Shown here: piece by piece, positions 50,701 to 64,000 of the stretch
Layout: each line of letters opens with the position of its first letter
Numbering within the stretch: the first letter of the stretch is position 1
Notes under the pieces: model-generated
Told to the model about the DNA's origin: nothing
The model's input: only the letters and a program-made list of their open reading frames with translations
The model's database searches: none
NCBI GenBank assembly: GCA_002633005.1
Contig: NMRA01000119.1
Location: 310,001-374,000 of the forward strand
Direction: 5' to 3'
Source: Phoronis australis
Lineage: Eukaryota; Animalia; Phoronida
Length of the DNA stretch: 64,000 nucleotides
Made by a program: the position numbers and the translations under genes

Positions 50701-51154
50701 TTTGTGTTTCCACCTAGTAATGTTGTCTGTTTTCTACTCAACGTTGACCTCAAAACATTTGACCAGGATGCAGGCACCACCACCAACATGGAAAACTCAT
50801 TAATCTTATTAGAATGAGAAAGTTAATGTTGCTTGCTTTGATGTTAAGGGCGAACCTGAAGACATCTCGAGAAAAGGAACTCGTGCGTAAACACACCTTC
50901 CACACATGTCAAGATGTTAAAACTAATTCAGATTTGTTTTTTCCACACTACTGATTGTAGCGTATTCGGCTAAATGTATAGATTGCCCAGAATTATCAAT
51001 GATATCATTTTCAAAGTAACACATTTCTCTTGGAGCGACTTGAAGCTAGGTTTAGGAGTACGGTAGTATAGACAATATTTGCACTGTGGCAACTTCATAC
51101 ACTTGCAACAACTTGCCTCACCTTGTCGAGGTAAGGTTACTTGTTCTAGGGTAA

Positions 51155-51420
51155 CCAGTGCTACCTCCCTTTGCAGCCACCTCATGTGGTGACATTGGCG
51201 TTGGAAATGTCAATGCCACGACTCCCAGGAAGTTTTGAACTTTAAAATACTAAAGCATCTATTTGGTGCTACATATTTTATGAAAAAAGGGCAACTCACA
51301 CCAGTGCTACGTCCATTTGCAGCACCCACATGTGGTGACACTGGCGCTGCAAATGCCAATGCCACAACTACCAGGAAGTTCTGGAATTTAAAATAAAAAA
51401 ACATTTATTTGGTGCTACTT
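51155..51420. repeat. Diverged tandem duplication, period about 146 bp
   Basis: ccagtgctac...catgtggtgaca.tggcg...aatgccac.act.ccaggaagtt...tatttggtgctac occurs twice, starting at 51155 and 51301. Confidence 0.88.
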
Positions 51421-53060
51421 ATTATTTTATGGAAAAAAGAAATTAAACAAATTTTCACTGGTTTGCCATACGGTGGCCAAATTTGGTGAGATTTTACCGT
51501 AACAACTAGAAAAACAAGTCTTCGCGTCAGCTGCTGAATTTACATTCGATAAAACACATTCCCTTATTGTTTGTAAACACTACAGTAATCACTTTTTCTC
51601 CTGGCATCAGTCCCCACCTTTTTACTGGAAGGTCGAAGGTCACGCATTTTGCAGTCTTGTGGGAGCATCGAGCACTTGACTTTGTCGATCAAATATGAGC
51701 CGAGTGACCAGTTATCTGTTATTTTTGTATGCTAGAGGACCAAGACATGTTAAGTCTTTCAAGCTATTATGTAAATACACATTCAAGAGCCAAGTGGTTG
51801 AACTTAGTCTAAATATATGGCAGCACTGTTGTCCATCACCTGGGGAACATCCACATTAATTGCTGCCAGAAAGGAATGCCAATTATCCCATAAGCAACTG
51901 AGAACCCTGTTGCTGACTATCCTTTCACATGGTTACATCAATAGCTACCTTAATTACAACAACCAATCCACTACATCACAAATTTTACTATATCAACAAC
52001 TGCAGTTTACATTCTCGGCAACTGGCTGAGAGAGTGATGAGTCCTGTCTTGTATAACGGACCAAAAATGACCAATCACCAAGTGAACTTTCTTTGGGTTG
52101 CCAATATGAAACTGGACTAGGTAATTAGGTAATAAACCCCACCCCATTTCAATTCTATTTTCAACTTCAGCAACATGGTTGTTACACAAACCCCTGTGGG
52201 TTATATTTCAGGGTTTGCCCTAGGCACAAATCCAAAAACTGGAACAAATTGGGCGTATTGCCATCCTTATCTTCACAGCCCAACAACTATGCTGCCCATT
52301 TTCACAAGTACAGAATACTTCCCTGTCATTTTTACAGCAAAAGAATAAACAAGAGAAATGAAAAGCCCTGATGCACATTCACAGAACACACACACCAAAG
52401 TTCCTACTTCTAGATAAGCTTATCAGCTTCATATGTATTGTTAGGAACAAGGAGACAATAACATGACCACAAGTGGTTGCTGCAGTAGCCAGAACTTCTG
52501 AAAAGCTACTATCAAATCAAACAAGGTTAACAAGGAATTTCTTATCAAAAACTAAAATGACCAACAGGGGGTGCTACGGTATTCATGTCCACAAAAAATT
52601 TTGACAGGTGCCAGTGCAGCCCTACAATACAATTCTAAATTCATATTGATCAATCAAATGGTAATAACAGACACCGAACAGTTTCTTCTGCATATGAACA
52701 CAATCACAAAACATCAAAGTGCTTTTTAGTTACAACGTTTTAATTGTTTTAATTCGTGGAGTGAAAGCAAAGCATTTTATCTCCAATGTTCTAACATGTC
52801 CGTACACAAACATAAAGTGCTTTTTCATGAAAAAAGTGCTCACGCAGGCATAAAAGCGACATGGGATGTCACCCAAATACATGCAGCTAATGACATTTCA
52901 TGCAACACTTGGCACTTGTCATCCAGTTACATTAAAATGTCTCGGCAATATCAAGACTGTCATGTGAACAGAGCACACTTTGAAGCCAACATGTTTAAGC
53001 TAGAACATTTTAGCTAAAACGAACTTTTAAATTTATGCGAGTGTGAACAAGGCTTATGCT

Positions 53061-53320
53061 AACATCATTTACCAAATGAACTGACAGCCCAGGAAATTTC
53101 ATTTGCATGTGAACATGATGACAAAAGATCCAAGTGCATGAGAACATCATTTACCAAATGAACTGACAGTCCAGAAAATTTTATATGCATGTAAACATGA
53201 TGACAAAAGATCAAAGTGCATGAGAACATCATTTACCACATGAACTGACAATCCAGGAAATTGCATCTGCATGTGTGTGCTCCATAAAAACATTACCGTG
53301 TACAAGAACATCATTTCACC
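53061..53320. repeat. 82-bp minisatellite, about 3 copies
   Basis: AACATCATTT recurs at 53061, 53143, 53225 and 53307 with conserved intervening sequence. Confidence 0.9.
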
Positions 53321-56300
53321 ATGTTTATGTAGACATGCTACAATCATTCTTTATACCACTGTAACATTGGATCATAATCAGGAATATCACCAAGATGAGG
53401 AATTTGAAGACAAGGCCAAAATAGCATAAATCTGTTCTGGTTTACATCAAATTCACTGTTTAAAAAAATGACGCGAGAGAAAAAGAAGAAACAGTCCATT
53501 TCAGGTGACTTTTATCTATTTGAAATATGGACCACTAAGACAATACCCCAAAATCTTCAAAAACCCTCCAGACCTAGGTAGTACTACACAGACAAAGTTT
53601 TTTGTTTAGAAGCAAAATCTGCAAGACCAGGCAAAATCAGGCGAGTCAATAGTGAGTGTTTTGCAAGTACCCATGGGAGCTTACTAGCCTACCCCAAAAT
53701 GGCAGCCAGTGAAATGATTGGATGGTGAGGTTGTAATGTTGAGTAGTAGCAATGTGGAGCAAAGGTCACGCAAACGTCGAGCATTGTGGGTAAATAGAGC
53801 AGGCCCAACAACTGTGAGAGCATGAAGCACTTTTCGCTTGACCCAATTTAAAATTCTGGAGTGCAAGAGCAGTCACGTTGACAAAAATAAAAAGTAATTT
53901 CATTCATTCGTAGGCAATTTGCATTATTGGAATTTCTTGCATAAAACATTTTACCGGTAATATCCCACTGCTCAACAGTGGTGATTTGACGTCCTAATAA
54001 TTGCACGGGAGTTATAAAAACTAGAGGCACCTCAAAGTTATATTGGAATATAGCAAACTGAAAAGGAAATTGCCAGAAACACAGATGGAATAACACAGGT
54101 CACTTTTTATTAATGAGCCCACTGGATACTCAAGACTATGTTTTGGTGATAATAAACAAAACACAAGTTGAGCTCTGGACTAACAACAACTAGGTGAGAA
54201 TGTAAATCGAGACACAATTGTTTTTTACAGCAGACAAAATAGATAGAAAACTACCTATGGCAAAACTGTGAAAAATCTGAACTAAATTCACCTTAAAAAA
54301 TACTTACATTTTTGTGCTATACATCATTTAGATGAATCTACAAATCCAAACTCGGTAATTTTGCAGTATTCACATATATAGGCAGCAAAGGTTTACACTG
54401 AAAAACTGTTAACACAAGACTGAGAAATGACGGTTTATCTGTAAATGGAAAAAATGTTTGCCCAAGGCACAAAATCAATAGAAATAAAGACAAATCTATA
54501 TCTGCTGACAAAATAGATGCAACAGCAGCCTCTTGTAGTTCTAACTTTGCAGCTGAGGGTGTTAGTGTATTATGTTCCTCTCGGTATCATAGACAATACA
54601 GACTTTGTTACACTGCCCTCAGTGAAGGGGAGCCTCTTGATTAAAAATAGACAAAATTTGCAATGCCCAATGTACTTATGAAGTCTGAAAATGATTGCAT
54701 TCTGATAATTTTTTATTTTAATTTCAGTCAGTGATTTTTTTTCCAAAATATTTATCAGGGTAATGTACTTCTCAAGAATGGATGATGCTCGGCTTAGGAG
54801 TGAGTGCTGTTGTCATAACATAGACCTCATCTCAAGACACCAAACTTCAGGAATAAAAAAAACAAAAAAACAAGCCACCTGAGATTTGACTATTTTGATA
54901 CTCTTTCTTTATCTGGTATTTTACACTAATCATCATAGCCCTTGATCTCAATAGCAAACTGTGAACAGTTGAACCTCAGTATCAGGATTGCAATAGAATG
55001 CTCTTGTCAGCAGGGACATCAACCAACAGCCTCCCAACCTGAGACCAACTGTTACCTGAAGGTCGTACCATCAACTATTACCAAAGAAATTCCCTCACCC
55101 TCACACATTTGATATGTCAGCTAGCAGGACAGGGCCTGCAAAAAATCTTCAAAATCAGGGTCTTTTAGAAAAACAAGTCGATGAGTCTACTAAACCAGTT
55201 TCTAATCCATGAGTCAAATTTTTGGACCTAGGGGACATGTCGAATGTATACCCTTTTTGATTCAATTTTGGGGGAAGGCATTTGAAAATACATGATTTTG
55301 TCTGCTACCTCAGAATGTTAGGCAGTTAGTTTCACTTTAACTAAACAAATAAATACACAGTTAGGATCCGCATTTTCACAATTTTATAGATCCCATATCG
55401 CTAAAACTGTTGTTTTTGAACAACTGCACAGCATTATAATTGTATTAGATTTTGAATGCAATGTATATTATTCAAGACAAAATCAGTTTTATCACGACCA
55501 TTGACCAGAGTTAAGCAATCGTAGTGCGTAAATGAAATCTTTTACTCACCAATGATGTCGGGCATGCTCCAAAAATTGTCTCGGCAACTCACCCAAAAAT
55601 AGTACTACAAATCAGCCCATTTATAATACTGTAACGAACTCAATGACCTCAAATTTCATGGATCCAAAATAATTTGACCAATGTGGTTGTTGTCTTTAGT
55701 AGTTCACAGAGTGACAACCCTCCCCCCACCCCCTCCGATATTGTAATTGTACCGCTTATGTAAGATAAATCAACACTCTTCAATAACTAATGACAGGCCA
55801 CTGAAAAACTTTAGTGATAATAAGCAATTAAGCAATTAAGGACCTATTTCACGAAACGTGACCCACATCTATTTCCGAAAAATAATTAAATGTCATCTCA
55901 GCAAAAGTACAGTCTCTGAGAAGATAAGAATACACACATAACTGCTAGTAGCAAGGATGCCTTGTATCAATTAGTTTCAGGCTGTGATGTGCTAGTAAGT
56001 ACAATAGCTAAACCTCGTCCAGTACTTGCGAAACGAGATTGTAAGACCAAATTTCCAACTTAAAACTGCATTTCTACCAAAGCTTCATCCACAATTTCAA
56101 AAATGAGGGCATTCACAATGTGTTTTTCATACACCATGTTAATTTATTAATCTACTTTTTTGTTATTTTGCAAAGGCCAATGAGTTCCCGGAGCTGCTGC
56201 TGTCTCCAGACATTTGAAAAGATACTGTGAACACTGTGCTATTGATGTGACGGTAACGACAAGGAATACTTGCTGCAAAGAAGGGCCGGTCTTTCTACTA

Positions 56301-59300
56301 ACACACCAGTTGGTACAGAATTGATACTTGACTTCCTCTTAACTCACCCCTTAACACAGATGCCTCAATCTTAGTTTCACTTAATCAGGGAATTCAAATT
56401 TTGTGCAAAATTATAAAGAAGTGGCTGCAATGCAAGTAGATAAGTGACTAAGTAATACCCAAGTATACGTTTCTAACTCTGCAAAATTCTGTCAGCAAAT
56501 ATGAAAATGTTCTGTTGACAAAACCCTCTAAGGACCAAATGGTGACTCCACCTAGTGTCCAATGAATTTCCCTTCAACTAATAGCAACGTTGTGTTCAGC
56601 ACTTTAGATTATTTAGGTGGTAAACTTGGCAACACCTTGTCTCAGAATTAGTTGATTGAATTCATATAAAAAAATTTTCATACACAGCTTTATGCATTAT
56701 TCTCCAAATTTTTGTTAGGAATTGTTTTTAAAATGTTCTACTTTTGCATTTGGTCATTTTATTGATACCGCTGTAGTGTTTTGAACGTACCTTCCTTTCC
56801 TGAATTTTACTAAAAATAAATGGCAGATTGGTATGAAATCAAAAATTGAATTTCACTTTATAATTCATTCTATTACAGAAATTTATACTTTTACTTAGTT
56901 AAAATCAATAGTTATATAAATATTTGTCAAAATACATGTACAAGTCATGAAAGTCACAAAGTCTTAAAATGATGTTAAAGTACACGCGACCAGTTTCATG
57001 GTGGAAGTCTTCCTAGTTTTCTTGCATGTATCGTAATTTAGAAATAGGCAATATTTGCCATCCTGTATCAAAAATTACGAATAACAAGAAACGATCATTC
57101 ACCACAATGATACATACCACAGGGATCCATGAAACCATGGCAACATTTGACAAATTTATAAACTGCCAAGTTTGTTTTGGAACTCTGTTAATGCAACATG
57201 AGCTTCTAGTATTTGAGAAATATAATGAATGTCAACATCACCAAATGTCCCAATTTTCAGAATCATTCATAAAAATCTTCTGCGAGGAAAACGATGCACG
57301 TTCCCTCACTAGACTAAACCCTTTGATGCATCGCGTGTCCGTATCTCATGGTAGCACTTGAGGAATTCTGGGAAGGAGTAAAATCAAACTTGACTTGAAT
57401 TTTGTTTCCCAAATTTTATAGGCCACCTATACGGAGAATGCTTACTGCATTATGATAGAACAACTGTGTTTGATATCCCAAAGAACAGAATTGCAGTTAG
57501 CAAAGAAGAAATGCGGTTGGCAAGAAGTAACTGCATTAATCAGAGAAGCATGACCTTAACGAGAACACCCATGAGGACTGCTAGGTAAGGAAAGCACATC
57601 CTGAATATTACCGTGGCAACAAGTCATCTTCAAAAGTCAGTCAATGACAGCGAAAATTGCCACAGGCTAGTAGGGATGATTTTTGAAAAACGTGGTTGTG
57701 AGTGAATTGACCCACGCGGCCTCATGTCTATACACCTTTATCATGCAGTCACCATGTTACTAAGAGCCACCTTTTAGGTTTTAAGGTAGGTAAAATCAAT
57801 GCATTCTTTGCACTCGGATATCCGGATTTAGCCTCGTAAAAAGTGGTGACAAAAAAGGATCCAAGAAAAATAACGATGAACGTTCACTCTGCGCCATTTG
57901 AATAACGTAACTGAGGTAAATTTTCTACTCATAAGTTACTTTTTCAACTCGTGCTTTCAACAGTTTACTCAAGGCCTCAGCACTAAAAATGCATCACCAA
58001 TATAAACCAAGGATTAGCAGTTTCACTAAACCTACCCTGAAGAATGATTGGGTCCACCTGTAAAACGTTTGACGAGCCTGAAGCTGTGAACCAAGTTCCT
58101 TCATTACCCTCTGCTAACAAGTCGGGGTAGGGGTGGTCATGTAACTGGTAACAGTTTGTATGTCATGTCTTCCTTTTCGTAAGGCTTGTAGTTTCCCTCC
58201 CAATCTTGGGCCAAAGAAATACATATTTTGGCAGGAATTTCACCAGCAGTGGACATACAAGAGCTAATTAAATTTTCCATTAAGAACATTTTGTTCTGCT
58301 CTAGAGATAATTTTGGAGGAAATGCTTAAATTTAATCCATGTGAGAATTCCGCTAAGGAGACGGAAATGATGTCTGTCATCAGCACCTTTCAATTTCTAG
58401 TCCGTATCGAATCTGGTTAAAGCGCTCTCATGAAAACTATTTGAATCCTACGCAAGCTGATTTCGTTTCTTAAGTTGGGAGAAGTACCGTACAGTACTTG
58501 CACTCCTTGACAGCAGGCCTGCTAATTATATTAATTATACCTCAACTGGTTCAGACCAAACTCCCTTATTGATATTCTTGTAATTCTCAAACATGTTGGT
58601 ATCCTCAACAGACACCAGCACAGCTCAAGAGACAAAACAATAACACAGATAAAGAATGCAGAAATCCAGACAGGTTTTTCTGTTCACACTGGCCACAAAT
58701 CTACAGAGTAATCAATGAAGTGCAAATGAACACATTATCGGTAGACAGTCCACTAGGACTTGCTGCAGAGCATATTGCAATTTCAAAATAGCATGGTACC
58801 ACGTGAATTCTCTGTTGACACACACTGCAGATTTGCAAGAAAATAATAGGATAACAAACTTCGGCATTCATATTGTATTCACTGGTAACCATAAATCACT
58901 GTCAGGGCTAACGTTATCCAAAACAGCAAAGATAATAATTATTTATGACATGAATAACCATTATTCAAACATTATTCAGCAGCTTCCCTGGGAATACCAG
59001 GTACAAGACAACAGGTCTTCTGTAAATGTCACACAAACAACATGTACTAAAGCCTGGATATGTTTTTCATATTGACAAAATAAGCCAACTGGGATTACAA
59101 ATCAATCAAATAGAATCAAAATCAATTGACCACATATTGATTTTCTCATTGCCTAATGCTAATTAATGCTGTGAGTGAAAACCTTTTAAAGGTTAGAACA
59201 TAGTAGACTTTTTATTAAAATAGTAGCAGTATTATCAACAGCCATGTTCAAAAGTGTCAATACCCCGGTACAAGTTCTCCCATGCATAACTTGCCCTGAA

Positions 59301-60718
59301 CCACAGTATGTCCACACGGTGCCAACCTCACACCAGTGTAAAGGAGGAAGAAAAGCAAATGTCCCTCTGTGGGTATTTGTATGTCACAGGATTAAGTGTC
59401 CAAAGCCGAAGCCAGCACTGATGATGATTTACTTGCTACAATTACATGGTCATTTGCACTGGGACAATTTTATTGGGTAAACACTGTACTGCCTGAAAGA
59501 TGTGGGGCAAATTGACCCACTTCAAATTTCATCCATGTGAGCATTTGCACCTCTGCTTTAAGGACTGAAACAACTTATGGTGGGTCAATTGTTCACCAGG
59601 TCACAACTAATGACCATTTACTGGTTTCAAAGGTACACCCAGTATGACTACTATCTTGCTATATCCAGTTTTGTGCAGTGCACATTGACAAATGTTTTGA
59701 TTTAATTACTTTAAAAGGAGACAAGTTATCACTTCTTGTTCTCCATGAATATACTGTGGTTGGTATCATTCATATTTCATCTTACTTTGACATTGGCCAT
59801 TTATGACTGGGTGAAAACGATCCCAATTAAATTTTAAGTGAACCCAAGACAGTCAGATTTTCCATGCAGAGTTTTAATTAATCTGGCAACTGTTTCAACA
59901 ATCCCCACTTGTCGAAAAATGGATAACGTGGGCAAGGAAATTGTTTGCACTGAATTTTTAACAAGTGGCAGCTGACTGACCAACAAATACTCCATCCAAC
60001 TACCTTACCCAGGCTAATGGGTGTGCAAGTGTCAGAAGTGATAGTCATTAACCCTCATTTACTCAAAATGCACCTCATGTTTGGACAACGCTAACAAGGG
60101 CAAGTTAGATCTATTTTAAAAATTGCACTGAGTAAGGCCACTAATTCTATGAAAGTACATGTTTTCTGAAAGAAGATAGCCAGGTAGACTTCATACAAAT
60201 CTGTCACTAACGTGATGTCTTTTTAGTAAAAATTAGCAAAAAGGAAGAGTTGAATTCACAGGAAAACAATGTCAATTATGTCATATATAACATTTACTAA
60301 TTTCATTTGATACAAATGTTCAAGGCAAAATCAAAAAAAAAACAAGTTTTCTAAAATGTCATTTCTTGTTGTTTCATAAAGATCATAAAAGTCCTAACTT
60401 TGACAGTCTCTCTGACAAGAAAAAAAAAACGTTTTGGAGAAAAGGGCACAGTATCTGCAAGCTTAATCATTTGAATGCGAATACCCAAGACATGACGTTG
60501 TGAAGTTAGTCAAATTTGAAAACCTTTTTGGGGTCCTTAACCTCTCCTTAACTTCATCAGCAGTATGGGCCCAGTGTGGAGTGGATAAAACACTAAGTCT
60601 TTAAATATGTCAACTTGCTCACACGAGTCATTTGTACATCACACAGCACAACAGAGATAATGACCTGCAAAGAGCAACTCAACGACCAACGACTGCACCG
60701 CAAAGGGTATGCTTCAAG

Positions 60719-61222
60719 AGGCCTTTTCATACCGACTCCAGTGTGAGCGGAGTGTTGGTGTAAAGTGCGAAGTTAATTGAACAGTTCATACTGGTTTCGG
60801 TAGTTAATGTACATCGACGTAAACGACGTGACGTCATCGAAATAATCGTAAGGTAGCGCTGATGTATCGCGGGCAAGCTACGATTTTTTAATGTGACAAC
60901 TTGGGAATATTTGCACGTGCTAATTGACATAAAACTTAATTCTAATTGGATTGGTGATTATTCGAGCAAAATATAAGCAACTATTAGCAATGACACTTTA
61001 ATTGTTGATGATAACACTGGCCCCTGGGGATAACTTTGATAGGACCGTAGTTGACCGTTCATAGTGCACCGCAGCGTCGATGCTCTGCTATTAAATCCAC
61101 CTGTTTACTGCGAAGTCAACTGGTGTTGTTAACTTCCATCCAGGACCAAAGTTAACCATTCATACTGACCGCAACTCCCCAAAACATCGACGCGACGTGT
61201 CGACGTTAGTATGAAAGGACCT
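60719..61222. mobile_element. About 500-bp Harbinger-like MITE, CpG-rich
   Basis: Termini aggccttttcatac / gtatgaaaggacct (12/14 match), with internal ttcatactg and catcgacg repeats. Confidence 0.65.
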
Positions 61223-64000
61223 TTGGGGAGTTTATTAGTATGATGAAATATATTTATAATGAACAGGCTATTAAAGGGCACAGCATTAGTCCAATCCATC
61301 AGAAACAAGGAAAGTGTTGTTGTCTCCCTAATAGAAACACCATTAGAGCCATAGACAGAGAAAAAAAACTAAAACTGACTTCAGGGAATACTGTCAATAA
61401 TCGAATTCGTTCCAAAATCAATGCCAGGCATACTCTCCTCAACTGGAACACAGCTAATAAATTTCATGAAGATCCATAAAAAAATTAGGTAGATATTGAG
61501 GTACAAGTAAAAAAATAAATTCGCATCAAGGGGGAGCCCAGTAGTAGGCCCATCAGCAAATGTACGCTACTCGTAATCATCTCAAAAGGACGCCATCAGT
61601 ACAATTCCGTGATCCTTTGAGTGGCTTAGCGGATATAGGTGTATGCCAAAAGTAAGAACACAAAAGTAATAAATATGCTCAGTAGGGGTGCCAAATTATA
61701 AGGGAATGGGAGTGGTCTCCTTAACAAAAACTTATTTCCCAAGATTCACCAAGGAACTTGGTATATATAGAGGCATACGCAAAGAAAACCTGAATTGCCA
61801 ACAAGAGGATGATACTGCAGTTCGGCCTGTCTAAAAATGTCACACGTTCTCGTATCAATATGGAAAAATAATTAAAGTGGACAAGTAGGAGAAGCAGATA
61901 ACATAGAATCCACCAATGGGAAGGCGATGTCGTGTCCATAATAGAATCTCATTTGTCAAATTCCAAGAAAATTAACCTAAGAACTCGGAAGATAAACTTT
62001 AATGAATAACACTAAAATTGCTACTAGGAAGCAAAGCAGTAGTCAAACGTGTCCGAAATTTACTAGGGTCGTCCCACCTTTGATCAGAATACATTTACAA
62101 AATTTCGCGATCATCCATTAAAGGGTTTTGGAGATATAGCAATAGATGTTGGACAGATGCCAGACAAATGGGGATGTCGGCAGGAGGCGCCCGTATATAC
62201 ACTAATATGAGGGTGCATATTAATGACTTAATATCTACAGCTTTCAATGTGCACCACAACACGGGTGTACTGCAGATGGTGCAGAAGGTAGGCCCAACAA
62301 GCAGTGTAGCACCATCCATCAACATTTTATTTTCATGCAATGCTTGCAGCTATATCAGCTGAGCAAAATGTCAACTTAGTCTCACGAGTTTCATTTATGC
62401 AGACTGGATTTGTCATTTGCATTTGAATGAACATACGTATTCAGCTACACAAAGTTAAGCATTATTACCGCTACATGGACCGTGGATTGATTTGATTTCA
62501 TGAAATAGCTAAGTCTGCGACACTAAAACTACCAAAGACAAAAACCTGAAATTTCTGATTCACAAGTGTCAACAACAAATAGCTTTTCATACATATCTTC
62601 CCGAAAAGAACCTCCATGAAAACCGCTGCAGGGGTCCACGACAGAAATTTCAAACTTGACTGGAATTAAAAAATTCGTAGAGGTGTTCGAATGTCCATCA
62701 CATGTCTATACTTAGGGGAGTTTGTGTGATGCACTAAACTGGTACCAAAATGTCCTAATTTGCTGAGGAAGTTGTTAATTCTTCAAATAGTTCAAACTGG
62801 TTGCACAGGTTTTCCAACTTGATGCAAGTAAGCCCAACTTGTCACAACAAAATTCAAATCCGACACAATGATGAGTCAAAACAGGTTGTGGAGGACATTG
62901 GGGTCATCCGAGACATTGATGTATAGTAGGTCCCCGAGGTTCAGGTACAAATACCACAACAGCTGTAACGCCAACACCTGCTAAATATCCAGGTAACATT
63001 GATTACCTTAAGGAAGTTTCAACCTTTAGATAAACAAAGCCCTTTCTTATCCAGCCCAGGGCACCTTTATTTCAAGAACAATTTTTCGTCATGGGGGGTC
63101 TGAATTCAGCACTGTGATGTTCAATTACAAAATTTGTTTGTTGGAAAAATGAATCCTTTAAACTATCAGACTCCAATGCTTTTAAAAAGGAAAACTTCGG
63201 GCAAGTTGAAGTGAATGTGTGGTTAAACCACATCAAGCAACTGACACACTAAACAGTGGCAGTCGTGGAGAAAAAAATCAATTTCCACAACACAATAATT
63301 AAATTAACACACAAAGTCAATGGGAGTCTTCAAGTAATTCTGTAGTAGAACTGTGATAAGGTAACAGACTAGAACAGTACTCTTACAAAGCAAATGCACA
63401 CAGAGACTTATCAAGGAATAATAGGTAAAATGCCTCCAAATATACTTCTCAAGTTACTTTTTACAAACTCTCCTTTAATTTTGCATACTCAGATCACCAA
63501 GTGACTTTCTTGACTAACTGAAAAATAGTATTTTAAGCCATTTAAAAAAATTTCAACGATATCATGTACTACATTATTATCGAACTTCATTAATCTGAGT
63601 TTCCAAATATGCAGTCCTGACAGCGAATATTTCACAAGAAATAAAAGCGTTCAGAGAGTTCCCAAAATATCATGAACCAAGGACGCACAAGATTCCGACA
63701 AGAATCGTACAACATCAAACTGTCACCAATTTTGGACAAAAATAATAACCCAAAATTGTCCTCTCTCCACTATTCAAGAACTTCTAACACTGTTGAGAAT
63801 GTTCACACATTTTTCAAAACATTTATTCATCGGCAGCTATGGTACAGAACTTGAACGTGGAAAAGCATTAATTTGAGGCTAGATTTCTTTTTAAGGAAAA
63901 ACGAGAAAATAAAATTTCATTTATCCGCCATACAACGCCCTCACAATATCTGTTTACTTCCTCTAGTATTTTGAGCGTGTGCTTGGATGTGAGCACAATC

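Noticed and set aside
52796-53017. ORF containing ATWDV, similar to the missing PACS exon 1 motif
   Set aside because: It is on the wrong strand and the similarity does not extend.
53110-53250. ATGATGA...CTGA (C/D box-like) within the 82-bp repeat
   Set aside because: It is antisense to the host PACS transcript, lacks a terminal stem or recognisable guide, and is better explained as a minisatellite.

Overview
This is eukaryotic (animal, probably marine invertebrate) draft-assembly DNA, AT-rich, with isolated N gaps. It holds two convergent spliced genes that I rebuilt by hand with GT-AG boundaries and consistent intron phases. (1) A complete FAM50/XAP5 gene on the + strand: 5 coding exons, 5810-9883, 334 aa. 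(2) A PACS-family gene (phosphofurin acidic cluster sorting protein, PACS1/2-like) on the - strand: 19 coding exons from 43089 down to the stop at 16320, about 812 aa. Its first exon is not found in the window, implying an upstream intron of more than 20 kb. One 57-nt PACS exon occurs twice, inside a 1.2-kb tandem duplication joined by a single N; this is either a haplotype artefact or a real exon duplication. Non-coding DNA carries several MITE and palindrome families, a decayed non-LTR retrotransposon 3' end, and mini/microsatellites. The best leads are a possible divergent spliced orphan gene upstream of FAM50, a FAM50 exon that regenerates a 5' splice site, a duplicated PACS donor site, and a structured hammerhead-like remnant in the putative PACS 3' UTR. 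I see no well-supported novel multi-gene system.
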